Under the pieces are notes generated by a model that was given only the letters and a program-made list of their open reading frames with translations, did not search any database and had not been told where the DNA came from. DNA of 64,000 nucleotides, taken from Kondoa subrosea (lineage: Eukaryota). Where the stretch lies: NCBI GenBank assembly GCA_039545335.1, contig BCIN01000002.1, forward strand, positions 2,944,678 through 3,008,677, written 5' to 3'. Shown in pieces: positions 51,018 to 64,000 of the stretch (the stretch's first letter is position 1; the number at the start of each line of letters is the position of its first letter). The translations under genes and the position numbers were made by a program.

Positions 51018-52574
51018 ATGGCAACTCGCTGCTGCTCATTAACTCAGGTAGATGACAAGCCGAAGCAATCAAACCGCCCCGTATAACATGCTTATCTAGT
51101 TCTCATTTGGACAATCACTTCTCTCTTGTCTCATCTGTCCTTTTGTGTATTTCTAGTCAGATTTCTGCGTAAGTCTTAAAACTATCTGTTGGCCGAGTGC
51201 CCATGCATTTGTAGTGCCGCGTGTCAGGGCTCTGCTCTTTCTTGGACAACTGATAGCGTGAGATCATTTGACTAGATTGATTTGACTATATTTGCTCACT
51301 GTTGCTTCTAGGCAAGCACTTCTTATCGTCGGGTTCCATTTGGCGCTAGTAGGAATCATCTGTTCTGGAGTCGAAACACTGTGAGCTGGCTGCATTATAC
51401 CGCACCAAATATGTCTGATAGAGCTCCCAAGTATTGCTTACGATCCAACTGGAGCCATGTCCAAGTTTTTCAAAGCAAAGAAGTATCGTCGAGCAATGAG
51501 CGCCTTCCTAGTAATACAACCAATCTTCTTCGGCGCATTCTTCATCACTGTAGTAATCAGGCTATCAAGCGCTCGGTGGACCACATATCACCTGATGGAT
51601 CAATTCAAGAGTGCACTGGCTGCTGAAGCCGATGTATCATCTATCATAACACGATACGTAAGCGCTTTTGGCCGCGTCAATATTCTGTTGCGTTGGGAGT
51701 ACAGTAAGTCCATCACGGGATTTTCTTTCATACACTTTCTTGACCTGGATTCTCAGTCATTCTGTTCGCCTGGACTGTTTTCACTGCCATAGTAGGTATC
51801 TCAATTTTAACACGCATCACAAAGCTGATGAGCATACAGACCTTAATTCCACTCGCATACTCCATTCTTCGCCAGCTCAACAATACAACCAAGAAGGCAA
51901 GATTTTCAACTTATGATCGATCTTCCAAGATACCTTCCTACGGTGGAAAACAAGGTTCTCCTGCAATTGTACCAGTGTTGATGAATACTGGCGGATCAGA
52001 ACTACAATCTCTTGTTCAAGAACTTGTCACTATCTTCAGGATTATGGTTACTAGTTTTGGAGTCTATCTTTTGGCAAGTATGGGCTTGTACATCGCTTTT
52101 CTGACTACAGATTTGCAAGAAACCTCGGTGAGTGATTTTCTGGCATTGACCACAGGGTATTTCGCTGATGTGTTGTTGTGCAGCAATTGACTCGTGTCGC
52201 AGTTAGCTGACTTTCTAAGTCCTTGCATAATGATGCTGACGTGTCTGTTTCCTTAGCTCGTCATCCCTCTTGTCACTATTCTAGTCGACGGACCTATATC
52301 AGTGGTAAGTCGGTCTGGCCAATATCGTTATCTGCGGGGTACTCATATCTTCCTGTCTGTCTAGTATCTTCTTGTCAAAGCCATCAAGCGTAATCTACCT
52401 CAAACAGGTCAACTACGAAAACCACCAGCGTCTTCTCCTAACATTGGCCTCACTGCAATTCACCTCAATCGAACCAAAGTCAAAGGCGAAGAAGATGAAG
52501 TCGCAGCAGATGAAGTGGATCTCAAAGTCGAATCTTTACTGTATGCGAACTCAAGAGAAGTTAACAGTGTGTGA
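51018..52574 (+). CDS. Multi-pass membrane protein, multi-exon
   Basis: Several hydrophobic exons (AFLVIQPIFFGAFFITVVI; IFRIMVTSFGVYLLASMGLYIAFL; LVIPLVTILV) and an acidic C-terminus. Start uncertain. Confidence 0.5.
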
Positions 52575-52784
52575 AATTGAGAAGCGCACCTTTTGGCACC
52601 TTTTGTAACATCAGCCTTTCTGTGCGAGATTTTTGTATTAGCATTTTTAGCATTATTGTTTTGCATGAGAAATATATATATCTTGGCTTCTGAGATTCTG
52701 AACTGCAGTCGAGTGCTCGCGCACTTTGCACAACTTCTTCACTTTCAAGTTTTGGAGCGTCGCCTTGCTTGATTCTTGAACACC

Positions 52785-54070
52785 ATGTCTTTAACGCATC
52801 CTCAGCCTGTAGCTAGCAGCAGTCAATCTCGATATACGCCCAGTCAAGAGGACGGGTTGCCAGCAGAGCTAGAAGCTGATCTGCGGACATGTCAGTTGTT
52901 TTGTAATCGTCGAATTCTAAGGCTGAAGACTGTCCAGTCGGCGCCTTGACGATACAGCAAGCTGGCGTGCTACTCAAGATGTTCGTGCACTGTAATGGCA
53001 CTGTTGCAGGAGTACTAATGCTGGGCTTGTGTTTTGTTGGCAGACCTCAAGTTGTAGTCTCTACCGCTTCTATTCTCTTCCAAAGGTTCTGGTTTGTATC
53101 AAGCATGAAACAATTTGGTACAATAGTACGCCTTCGACTGCTTTCTCGCTCGTAGTAGCACCGATGCTTTCGTTGGACAGTACTCTTTTCAAATTGTATA
53201 TAGGATATAGCCCTTTCTGCGCTTTTCCTGTCTTCCAAACTTGAAGAACATCCTTTACGTTTACGGGATCTCATCAATGTGTTTGATTACTTGGCAAAGA
53301 AGCTTGATCACGAAAAGGCGAACGCTGCGATGCAGAAGGCGAAAGAACGGGCTCAGGCTTTAGCTGGAACGATAAGCTCAACATCTTCAGCTGCTAATGG
53401 AATGACTCGACCGTTTCATTATGATCCAATGGAATATTTTGCCAAGGGGTTTTATGAGGTCAAAGAAGATGCTGTGATTGGTGAAATGCAATTACTGAAA
53501 AGGTACTTGTTTCTCGCGTCAATGTCGGACCATCCTAAGCTGCGATCGATAGACTGGGATTTAATTTGACGATCCAGCATCCTTATGGCTCACTAGTCAA
53601 TTATCTTCAAGTGCTTGGTCTGACAGATCATCCAACAATTCCTCAACAAGCCTGGAACTTCGCTAACGATTCGTATGTCTTGATTCTTCTGGTGTTCATG
53701 CTATTTCTTATATGTTTGAACCAGTCTTCTCACTCCTCTTCCTGCGCTTCATCCGCCTAATCGAATATCAATATCAGCAATTTATCTAGCTTGTCATCTT
53801 TCCACCTCTACACCAGATCCTATAGCTCTTCCACTTCAACCTCGACCCTGGTGGGAATTGTTTGGAATGCCAAACGAGCTCATCATTTGGGAGATTTGTG
53901 AAACTTTGTTGAAGATGTATGAACGGTGGGGAGGTCTGACAATGTTGCATGCAAGACAAAAGAACGATCAAGAGGGGTATAGTAATTTATGGAGGAAGGC
54001 GGCTGAAATGAGTTTACCAGTAACTAAATCTGCTGTAAGGCATCGATTAGAGAAATCCTCCTCTTCATGA
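52785..54070 (+). CDS. Cyclin L-like transcriptional cyclin
   Basis: TPSQEDGL..LEADLR, IQQAGVLLK.PQVVVSTASILFQRFWFVSSMK, ALFLSSKLEEHPLRLRDLINVF and EMQLLKRLGF..QHPY..QAWNFAND motifs. Confidence 0.88.
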
Positions 54071-54117
54071 AAATGGAATGGATATGCAATGTGATTTCTC
54101 TCTCTCTCTCTGTGTAT

Positions 54118-55709
54118 CTAACCAAATGCTGCTACAATGACTTCTACTACACATATAGTTGCTGCTGATCCTATAAATGACGAAAGCACAGTAGGTCTTA
54201 ACCCTCTAATAAAACCTTTACACCCTATTAAACGTAAAGCCCATCGACTTCGAGTATTGTCATTTGATATGAAACGGAGTAAAGAGAAAGTGGTGCTTTG
54301 CCTGTATCTCAATTGAGAATAAGCTTTTTGATCTCGATATATTCTGCTTCATAATCAGCTAGCTCCCGGTTTAAAAAAAAATGATAGCAACGCACCGAGA
54401 CATGATTTGTCTCATTGTTACTTGTTTCCCAGCAGTAGGGTGAAGTTGAGAGTCGATGGCAGTAGTTTGTAATCGCGCTACCGTACATATCAGCCGTACT
54501 CCATGATCTCACTGAAGATACACCGTACTCTTGATCATATCAAATGGATAGGTAAGAACGGCAGACAAGACACCTGCTGCTCCACCGGCCACAAAGATCT
54601 TTGTACCGTCTAACAGACTTAAGGAAGTTTTGGCTGGTAAAGCTGGTTCGCCTGAAGCTATTGTTGCTACACTTTCGGTGAGGACAGAGGTGTCAGTTCT
54701 GGGTGAAGGGATGTCGTAGGGTCGCATTAATCGACGAAGAGCGAAGTCTGAACTTTCGTCAGCTGATATAGCATTCGCAGAAAAGAGAAGACGAACAGGT
54801 TGAGAAAAAGATGCCTGATGCAAGAAAATCGTGCACAAAGGTAGCACCTAAACCGACATAGAAGCCTCGAACTCCATAGTCGCGAAAAATACTATAATAT
54901 CATCAGTTGAACAAAGCTGGCGCAGTTCAAAAAAAAATATATCCCAACTTACGATCTAGCTACAGCTATAGAGCCTGCTGGCTTGGCTGCTTTGTCGTTT
55001 TGATCCCGGACTTTTATCACTTCGATCGGCGTTTGTGCGAACGCACATATACCTCCGGCCAGAGCCCCCTGCAGATAGCATTAGCATAAAAACAAAAACT
55101 TGTAGACTAGAGACATGCAGATGCAAAGACTCGAGGAAGATTTGTAGGGTTATCGCGAGACTGAAGACAGTACGGCATCAGCTTAATTTCTTACCACAGC
55201 TTGCCAAACTTGAGCTGACCTGATTGAGAGTACTCATTGCCCGACCATACAAGCTGAAGAAAGTCGAATCGATCAAAGCTAGACCAAGGATAGGAAAGAG
55301 AGATCCAGCAAAGAAGAGTCGAGAGCCTTCTGTTCTCCATAACTGCTTGAAACCTGGTTTCTGTGCAATTTCTTTCGCATAGTTGGATTCGAGTGCTCTG
55401 TTCGACGGATGGGAACGACTTCCAGCTCCTACTCGAGCAGAGGCTGGAGGTATCCATGTTTGCAACCGAACTAGATAAGCACCATTCTTCAGCTTCCGCA
55501 ATGCAGATAATTGACACTTTGTGAATGACCTTTGACGACTTCGAAAGGGTTCGACACGATTATGCCAGTCACTCCACCAGCCCAGCCTGAGAGCGATATT
55601 CATCAGAGTCTGCAGACTGCTTGAGCTGTCCCGCCGAGCAACGCTAACCTCCAACAGCATCAATCAACACATTCGAAGCTTTCTCTTCCTTTGCTGTGCC
55701 ATCGCTCAT
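54118..55709 (-). CDS. Mitochondrial carrier (SLC25) family protein, multi-exon
   Basis: NPFEVVK(V)RLQT, LWRTEG..FFAG..FPILG, FVAGGAAGVLSAVLTYPFDMIKS and GFIRGLRPTVL carrier signatures. Confidence 0.88.
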
Positions 55710-56020
55710 GGAAGCTTCAGTCTAGATCAAATCTCACTACGGCGACAACAGAGCCATGCAGTAAACCTGGAAAGCGGACGTTGTCAATGGACAACAGCTC
55801 GTAAAGCATCATTGCGTCTCGCTTCGGCTTCAGATGACGGCGCGATCATCACTTCGCGAGGAATGAGAGGCAGACAGCAGGAACATTCGCTTGTGATGCT
55901 CTGGAGGTTACAATTGCATATCCGCGACAAATCAATTAACCAGTCCCAAGCAGCTTGTGTTCGGAATCCTTTCTTCTCTCTTCTGCCTCCCCGACCCTCA
56001 GGTCTCTCTCTCTCTCATCC

Positions 56021-59000
56021 CTAATTCGCTGAAATAACCGAAGCCCAAATTGCATCGACATCTGTTATGCACATAGCCGATAAGATAGAGGATCGAAAGG
56101 CAGAAGTTCTCGTTGTACCTGGAATCGTTTTGTCCTGCTGCTCCATTCTCTTGTGATGAGCTTTGCATTGTCTCATGACTCCTTGAAGGTGCTCAATGTT
56201 CTGATTTACGACATCCAGTAGTTCCAGTTCTTGTTCATTTTGCAAATCCAGTCTTGCGCACACGCCGTTGATCATGTACCGGCTAACACGTCGAACATGA
56301 TAAGTACCGTACAATGATGAGTAAAAGATTCTCACTTCTGCTCATCGATGACTTCCAAATCTTCTTGCACCATGTTGACCAAACCGAGCTTGACTTCACG
56401 CGAGCGATAGCGTGTTTGATCAACATCATTGGCGAGGTTCGAAACGATGAATTCGCTGATCTTTAAGACGCTTTCAAAGAGCTCAGGACCTTTGGCTAAA
56501 CGATCAATACCAGGACAAGTTGTTTCGACTCGACGTTTCTTTGCCGGAGCTAGGTATGTTGTGTCAGTAGATTCCAACTTGTAGTACAATGAGATGACTG
56601 ACAAGGTCCAGATCTAGGAGCAGGTCGAGAAGGAACTGCGGAAGGCTGAGCTGACGCGAATCTGACAGGTTGGGCAAATCGTTCGGCGGAAGCTGAAGCA
56701 CGAGCGACAGGCGGTCGTTGAGCTTTGAAAGGCAAATCTGTACCAGCCGGAACTTGCAACGAACGTGGTCGGACAAGAGGTGGATCAGATGGAGGCAACA
56801 AGTTCTCGACTGAGTTGGCAATTCCACCGCGGAAGATCTATAGCAAGATTCAGATAATAATTCGTAGCACGACAGAGGACACACATTGTCTGATGACGGC
56901 TCTCCATTGGGAGCTTCATCTTCGTCCATTGCGTCTTCGGAAAGACCAGCTTCGATGATGACTTTCTTCAGAAGCTCCTCACCGATTTGGCTACCGCCGT
57001 GCTTCTTGTTCTGCTTCTTAAATCTTGCGGCAAATTCTTCAATCAATTGTCTCATATCTTCGCCATTTTCTTCTTCTTCCTCTTCCTCGAGATTTTCAAT
57101 TTCGGATTCTGCTTGCGCTTCTTTCGGGACACTTGGATTTGCAGAAGGTGGAAGAACAACAATCTTGGCTGCAGGAGTACCTGTCTTTTTCATAGCGCTC
57201 TTTAAGATGCTCGGCGGAGCTGAACGAGGTGCAGAACGAGGAGGTGTAGCCTGAACTGGTAGCCTTGCTTGAGGCTGAGAGACTGGCACACGGGAGGCAC
57301 TGCTTCGAACGCCAGTCGCAAGAGAGGGTTGAGCTGGACCTTGGCTACGCGATCTAGGAGTAGCTTGACCAGCAGATCTGACTGGAGTTGCAGCAGCGCG
57401 ATCGAAATCAAAGGCTTCCAATGCAAAGCCTTCAGCATCCGGAGCATTTGGTACTCGAACTTCATCAATCTGAGATGGTGTTGATACTGCTGCTGGAATC
57501 TCCTCTTGTAATTCGGGTGACAACATTGCTTCATCCTCCTCTTGTTCATTGATCAGATCGGGCAGTGATTCTTCGACTCGTGGCAAGTCTCGAGTGTAAA
57601 GAGCACCCAGATCCGTGATCTTTTTGGGTTCCTCTTCGTCAAGACCTTCCATTTCGCTCAATGGTTTTTGCAAAGGTGGTTTTTCCTTTCGAGTCACAGG
57701 TTGACCGGGCAGATGACTGGATGTGGCAGATTGATGAACATGAGCAGCTGATTGCTTGGACACGTTTTGCCTGGGTTTGCTAGCTGCTGGCGCTTTTACT
57801 ACCTTCTGTTTGGGAGCTGGCACGACAAGTTCTTGTTCTAGTTCTGGCAGGTCTTCGTCTTCCTGTTCATCTTGAGCCGGAGATCGGCTCTTGGATTTCG
57901 AAGTGCGAGATTGGCGGACAGGCAGTGACTTGACCGGTTTGACAGGATTGGCTTTAGGTTTGACAGATTTCGGAGCCTTCTTGATCGGTGCAACAGGCGG
58001 TTGTTCGTCGTAATCCGTTTGACCACCATCTGAACCCTGCTTATCAGTGAACTTGTCTTTCCTGATGACCGTCTTTCCATCTCGGCCTTTCATGGCAGCT
58101 ACTTTCTTTGGTGAGCCGGCGTTCTTGCGACCGTACTGCTGGAGTTTGGTCTTCTTTGAAGTGGTAGTACGAGGCAATTCGGCTTCTGCCTCCTTTTCAG
58201 CTTGATCTGCTTCTTCTAATGGTTGGGGCGCTTTACGTTTCCCTAATGAGACACTAGACACATTGATGCTCTCTGCCTCAACAACTTTGCGAGACCCAGG
58301 CTATCACTTCTTGATCAGCACAGTTTACCTAGCAATATAATGTTCTCACCTCGTCAATAGAAGATCTGACGCTCTTGGCTGAAGCAGTTTCTTTTTCATT
58401 TGCCTCTACTCCATCAGAATCGGATAGGTCAGTCAGATCAGATCCGGCAGTCTGTTGCGAAGCTTGCTGCTTGTGCATTGTTTTCTGTGACGAGGTAGAC
58501 TTGGTCTGGACAGTAGAGATGATGTCACTTTTTGCAGTTGAGATCGTAGATGACTTTCCAGCTTCGACTGCGTTGGAAGCTTCCTGAATAACTGGCAGAG
58601 AAGATTTGTGATCAGTAGAGGCAGGAGGCAGAGAAGCCCTCGATGGGGGACGGGGCTTCGAAGCATGAACAGGAATAGACTGATCCGCTGCTGTGGAATG
58701 GGCAGACGAAGAGTTGCTTCCGGAAGTAGTGCTGCGAACAGCTTTGGCCATAATTTTCTCTCTCTCTTCTTGGGTGAGAACTTTCTCGGGCGTAGGTAAA
58801 TAACCAGGAATAGCAGCAGTAGCAGAGGCTTTAGTTCGACCAGAGTACGATGGAGCTGGAGCGCTCTCTTCTTCGTCGACCATAGCACCGATACGGTTGT
58901 CCAATGTAACGGTATTGATACTTTTGACGTTCTGTACCAAGCACGATGAGACAGCTGAGACAAAACTAGGATCGAAGCAACTTGCTCTTTTCGCTAAGAC

Positions 59001-60740
59001 TTCCTTGAGTTTCACTACATCGTTAAGGCCAATCTCAAGCCTAACAGTATACCGATTGAGACCATCGGGCTTTCCAGGCAAGGCGCAGACACGCTGCTGA
59101 ACTGGTTTGGACAGCTTCAAGGTGACTACAGGACGATCTACAGCTCTTTCCGATCAATTTGAGGGCTTACCTACAATTACAAGAGCTTACTGGAGGTTGT
59201 ATCGATGTTGACTACAACAAGATCCTTGTAAGTCCAGCTAAGTACGGTGTCTTGTGGATCGTCTTCGAATCCTCCGAGATCTTCAGGCAGAGTGACAGAA
59301 ACAGACATGTTCTTGTCGTTGAGATGCAACGGCAGGTTGTATTTGTCTGTTGCTGTTGCGGCATTCTGAGTCGTGTTTTCCATCTCTCGATCGTGAATGT
59401 ATAGGTTGTAAACATGAATGTATTGCGCGCTGACAGCCGTTAGCTTGATTCAGTACACGAGGTATTTACGCTTACTTTGTAGCATCATCGCCAACCATTA
59501 CTTGAAGCAAATCTCTAGCAACCTGCATTGGAGCTCAGTATTGTGTTCAGTCTGTCAGCAATTGCAGCTCACAGAAGCCAACTGATTCGGTCCAATAGCT
59601 AGCATATCTTTGCGGATACGGTTACGCAAAGGTACTTTCAGCTTGCTCTGACTCAGCACCGATTGATAAAAGCTTTCTTTGGTTAGAGTGTCTTTCTTCG
59701 GAGGACCGACGCTGTAGATCATTTCGAAGGCAGCTAGGCCAAAGTCTAGATCCACCGCTGCGTTGTCTAGTAAAATGGCGAGACCTTTTCTGCAGTGTCG
59801 TTTAGTTTGCAATTGGATCTGCGCATAGACAACTTACGGCCCAAAGATCTTAGGATCCCGCCAGAGTACTTTCATCTCCGCACAGTGGCTTGTGCCTTCA
59901 AAAACAGCAGCACAGATCTATCAAGAAGTGAGTTCTTAATCAGCGTTGATACTGGGCGAGCTTACTTCTCTTTTGCAATCAGGAGTAAGAGAAAGAAGCC
60001 CATCCTTGAAAATCTTGCCTAGCACCGGGAACATACGAGTACCATAGATGATGCGTGCTAAGCCTAACGTTCAAAGCCCTCAAAGTCAGGGAGTATAGGA
60101 CTTACCGGGATGGACTTGATCTTCACCTTTATCATGTTCGATATCTTGCATCCAGGCCTACATACGTGGAATCAGCTCTCTTGATGACACGAGAAGACGA
60201 AAGACGCACAACAAGACTGTCAAAGATACTGAAAAGCAGTCGATCGCAAGTGTTTCCAGCTTCAATTCGATCCGATTTCCATTGCGAAGCGAAGCCTTGT
60301 CTAGGAAAGCAGTCCTCATAGCTATAGAAGGCTCAATAGGAGACACTAAGAAAGACCGTAGCAAAGCTTACGTCACAAGCCATAAGTGGGAAACCAGCGC
60401 AGCCAAGAGAGAATTGGTAGCTTCAGGAGACTGCGTCAAGACCTTGCGCAAGTCTTGGTCGGAGGAGCATTTGTTCACTAGGTCTTTTAAAGCTTGCAGG
60501 GGCTCAGCAGCATCCTGTCGTCAAAGGGTGGCTCAGAAACAATAGCGAACGATGATAAGTTGAGAAAGAACATACAGCGATAAGTGCCTCGATCTGATCT
60601 ACCAATTCCAAGGCGAATGACTTGAGATTGGGAGATCTGAGCTTGCTTGCAACTTTCTTGAAATTGACAAGCTCCGTTTCTAGACCAGTTATATCTGGTG
60701 ACTGCGTGCGTGCTTTGGTACCACCTTTAGAACGAGCCAT
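56021..60740 (-). CDS. Probable meiotic chromosome axis core protein (SYCP2/Red1/Rec10/ASY3-like), multi-exon
   Basis: Helical N-terminal exons, then a beta-rich PH-like segment capped by a helix. These are followed by a long basic/Pro/Ser disordered region and a C-terminal coiled coil. The gene is well supported; the family call is inference. Confidence 0.55.
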
Positions 60741-63253
60741 GATTGTTGAAGATCGTTGAGCGGGAAAGAGAACACTTTTGCGGATGCATGCTCTCTCATG
60801 AGAATGTTTCAGAAGATGTATTCTTGAAATTAATGCGATGTATCTTCAAGCTTCAAAGCGCGTCATTATCTGCTATATAGTCTGTTATATGTATACAAGT
60901 ACCTATAGAGTCCTTTTCTTACGCGTCGATATCGATTTCAATGTGCGTTTGTCGCGCGATTGCCTGAACATTCATATATTCGGGATCAGCAACGGATAGT
61001 AACATCAAAGCTGTCACAGACTGATTACGAGCATATACGTTAGTTCCTCCCTTTCCAGGTGAAGCCCCAAAGTCGCCGCTTGACCGTTGTAATTACACAG
61101 TCAGTACTGCGGTCTTGTCCATTGATGCGCGAATGCTGGTCTCTGCCTCCTAGTACATAGCGGAACAAGTACATTGACTTTCAAGCCTGTATTGACATTT
61201 CAGGGATCACTAGGTATTTCAGAGAAAGGAGCAAGAAGATAGCTTATCTTTTCCAGCTTGCTCAGATCTAGGCAGTGTAAGCTGTTTCAGATCACTCTTA
61301 AGCTCCATAAATCCGTCAAAGTTAAGAGCGCGACGAACCTGAAAATAGATATTATATAGCAGTCAAAAATACTTGAGTTTTGTTTCATAGGTCAAAAGAA
61401 CGGGACTCAACGAACGACTGATAGAACCGCTCGACCAGAATAAGGTAGAGTTGAAACTGTATTGTCGAGCTTTGCTATTCGACAGCTTTAGCATGTGCCG
61501 TGAACATGTACAGAGAAGAAGAAAGGACAGGCAAGCCAAGTCCAACAAGGGAAGCCAGATTCACAGGATTAACCGCACAGCTAGTGAAGATGCGACAACG
61601 TAAGCAATATACATAAGTATGAGAGAGAGAGAGAAGGACATCAATGCTTCAGAAAGCATCGCAGTACAGAGCAAGATCCCAACACAGATTTGTCAGTTCG
61701 CTGGCCCAGATGAGTTTGTGGGACAGTATTGGAAGAATAAGCTCTATTATATCTTCCTGAAGAGGAAGCCAAAGAGTTCAACGAGATTATGTAATAGAGC
61801 GAAGAATGGAATTCTGTCGACCTTGCAGCGAAGCTTGACCTGACACGCATATCCACAGTCTGAGGCTACTTCGGTCTGCTGTACTCACTGCTTGCATGCC
61901 CTATCGATATTCTAAAGCTTGATAACGCTCTTTTCCGTGGTCTTGTCAACAAAGCTGAAATCGTCAGCGACAGCCTCTCTCTTCTTCAGCGATTGATCGA
62001 TCTTGACTGCTCTTGTTCGGCGCTCTGGGCCGCTCTGTGGCACTAGTCCTAAAGTTCGACATCGCTGCTGTGGGCAGAAAGCTCTGTTGACAAATCGAGG
62101 CAAACAGACTTTGGACGCATGTACAGATCAACGCTGCCCTACTGGAACAAAGACGGGCCTTCAATCGTACACAGAACTGTCCTCAAAAACGCCTTGTTTC
62201 ATCTGGGATATTCAGCTTATGCATGAACACATTACAAGATTGGTTAGCGCTCGCTTAAAGGCTCGCAGTTGATGCAAAGGCACTTGAAGAACGTATCACT
62301 GATATACCTCAACCCGACACAAGAAGAAGGGAAGATGACGAAGCAGCAGCTTGAAGTAGCATCTGTGATCCTCCTACCATTGTGAGCTGCTATCACCAGG
62401 ACCTGTCTGATTCATATAAGCTTGCTCTCTTTTCGCTTCAACAATACAGAAGACTAAATGGTACATCGCAAGACAAGAGCATGTGAAGCGTGCTACCTAA
62501 TGGTCGTCGTCTTCATTCGCTCTTAGATGTCAGCGAAACTCTTTGCTCCTGTTCTGCTTCAGTCGACCGCCTCTCAAATGCATATCTGCTATATGGACGA
62601 GAATTGGTCAAGTCGCTCTCCATGAAGAACGTATAGCTTCGTCAGCGTCAAATCAACAGAAGCAACGGATTATCCTCAACTTCATATCAATGCTGATTTT
62701 GACGCTCTACCATTTATCGTCGAGTTCAAAAGTATGATTGTCCGACCAAAGAACTAAGGAAGTCTTGTCTGCAATGTCAGGTCGTGTTACGACTTTAAAG
62801 AGATACTTGCTTGGTCTTTGTGGCTCAACGAATGCACTTCTGCATTGAGTGCACTTCTGCATTGAGTACTAGATCAGCTATGATTTCGGACCGTCTCATG
62901 AGCTCTTATGTCAAGATTTGTCTAAGCTCTCTGCCTTTGAGCGATCTTTCGTACGAGGTTTGGTCTACCCCATGGTAAGTCATTTTGTCCATTGGAAGCT
63001 CATAGCTGAGTATATTCATGTGTCGTAAGAAGGTTGAATCGCCAGAAATCAGATCTTAGACAAGCCAATTTCTGAACGATACATACAATCAAGGCGAAGC
63101 CGAAGGACGAAGGACGTACTCTCGATTGGCTTCGATGAAAACGAGATTCTCGATTGTCTTTGCCAGGTCTTACGGACCGAATAAGTGCCGAAAATGTTCT
63201 ACAACGTAATGATATAATCAATCTATTAACCATTCAAAATCGACTGTGCATTC

Positions 63254-63337
63254 GGCCGGATGGTGTAGTTGGTTATCACGTTTGCTTAACATTCATATGT
63301 TCGCAAAAGGTCAAGAGATCGAGCCTCTTTCTGGTCA
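63254..63337 (+). tRNA. tRNA-Val(AAC) with 10-nt intron (63292-63301)
   Basis: Acceptor stem GGCCGGA/TCTGGTC, D arm GTGT..TCAC, anticodon stem TTTGC/GCAAA with AAC at 63288-63290, T arm AAGAG/CTCTT. Confidence 0.9.
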
Positions 63338-63345
63338 TTTTTTTT
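63338..63345 (+). terminator. RNA polymerase III terminator (T8)
   Basis: Run of 8 T immediately after the tRNA discriminator base. Confidence 0.8.
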
Positions 63346-63567
63346 GCCCTTCTCGCATTCAAACAGATGACAAGAATGGTCTTCACGCTCGCAAGATGTG
63401 CCTGCCAACCCTCTTAATCGATTAAACGCCGGGTAACCGATCTAAGCCATGATTGTACAGCTTTTGACTTTCCTCTGTAATTGCAGAAAAGTAAGCTCTT
63501 GTTCCGAACCGCGAGTACTTATATACCAGACTGTGTCATACCCCTCTTGGATCACAAGGACAGCATC

Positions 63568-64000
63568 ATGTCTGCTCCAGTCAAACGCAAGCGCAGCAGC
63601 ACACGCAAATCTGCTGTTCCACCTTCTTCGCCTGCTTTTAATGATTCTCTGGCTGAAGTGCCCCAAAGCGTCCTGCATGTGAGGTCTGTCAAGACAGAAG
63701 CGTTTGCTTTGCAAGTTAGCAAAGAAAGCCAGCAGCAATAAGCCTTGAACGAGCGCGGCCTGAAAGTCTTGCCTATTGTTGTCAAACTCTGCGAATCTCG
63801 CTCTTTTAAGTGTCCTACCTTACTGTCATCCTCTACTGAATCAAATGGTAGTCTCGTAAGCAAGTGGAGCAAGAATTCGAGCGGATCCAAAGAAGCAAAG
63901 GGAAGAGCGAATGACAAAACCTTTTAGCGTGCGCAACTACTCAGAAAATTGGGATGGATGCAGTATCTTTCTCTTGGATCATCTTCTTCAGTTTCTTCTA
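63568..64000 (+). CDS. 5' part of a hypothetical gene, probably nuclear, running off the window
   Basis: ATG at 63568 gives MSAPVKRKRSSTRK (NLS-like). A possible GTTAG donor lies near 63715. Confidence 0.35.

Noticed and set aside
1..64000. Mating-type locus, telomerase RNA template, snRNA, rRNA or CRISPR array
   Set aside because: No STE3 receptor, homeodomain gene or CAAX pheromone ORF, no extended TAACCCTAA template, no recognisable snRNA or rRNA sequence and no spacer-repeat array were seen by eye.

Overview
Eukaryotic, intron-rich fungal genomic DNA. The many ~45-65 nt GT-AG introns with CTRAC branch points and the very short intergenic spacers fit a compact basidiomycete yeast-like genome; that taxonomy is inference. 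About 25 genes are supportable. They include a Fab1-like PIP kinase, eIF5B, a GH15 hydrolase, coilin-like and PPR proteins, a SnoaL-like protein, a tandem OXNAD1-like pair, Sec5, an MDL1-type ABC transporter, three intact F-box genes around a DUF3632-like gene, Hrd3, a GPI-anchored Ser-rich protein, Sft2, cyclin L, a mitochondrial carrier, a probable SYCP2/Red1/Rec10-type meiotic axis protein and an intron-containing tRNA-Val(AAC). The unusual part is 1-18.8 kb. An inverted repeat pair (1-425 and 14453-14869) brackets a 14-kb, four-gene block and overlaps the GH15 upstream region. Two apparently identical 605-bp direct repeats sandwich a full-length F-box paralog broken only by two in-frame nonsense codons. 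Exon boundaries and family assignments were read by eye and not checked with any search.
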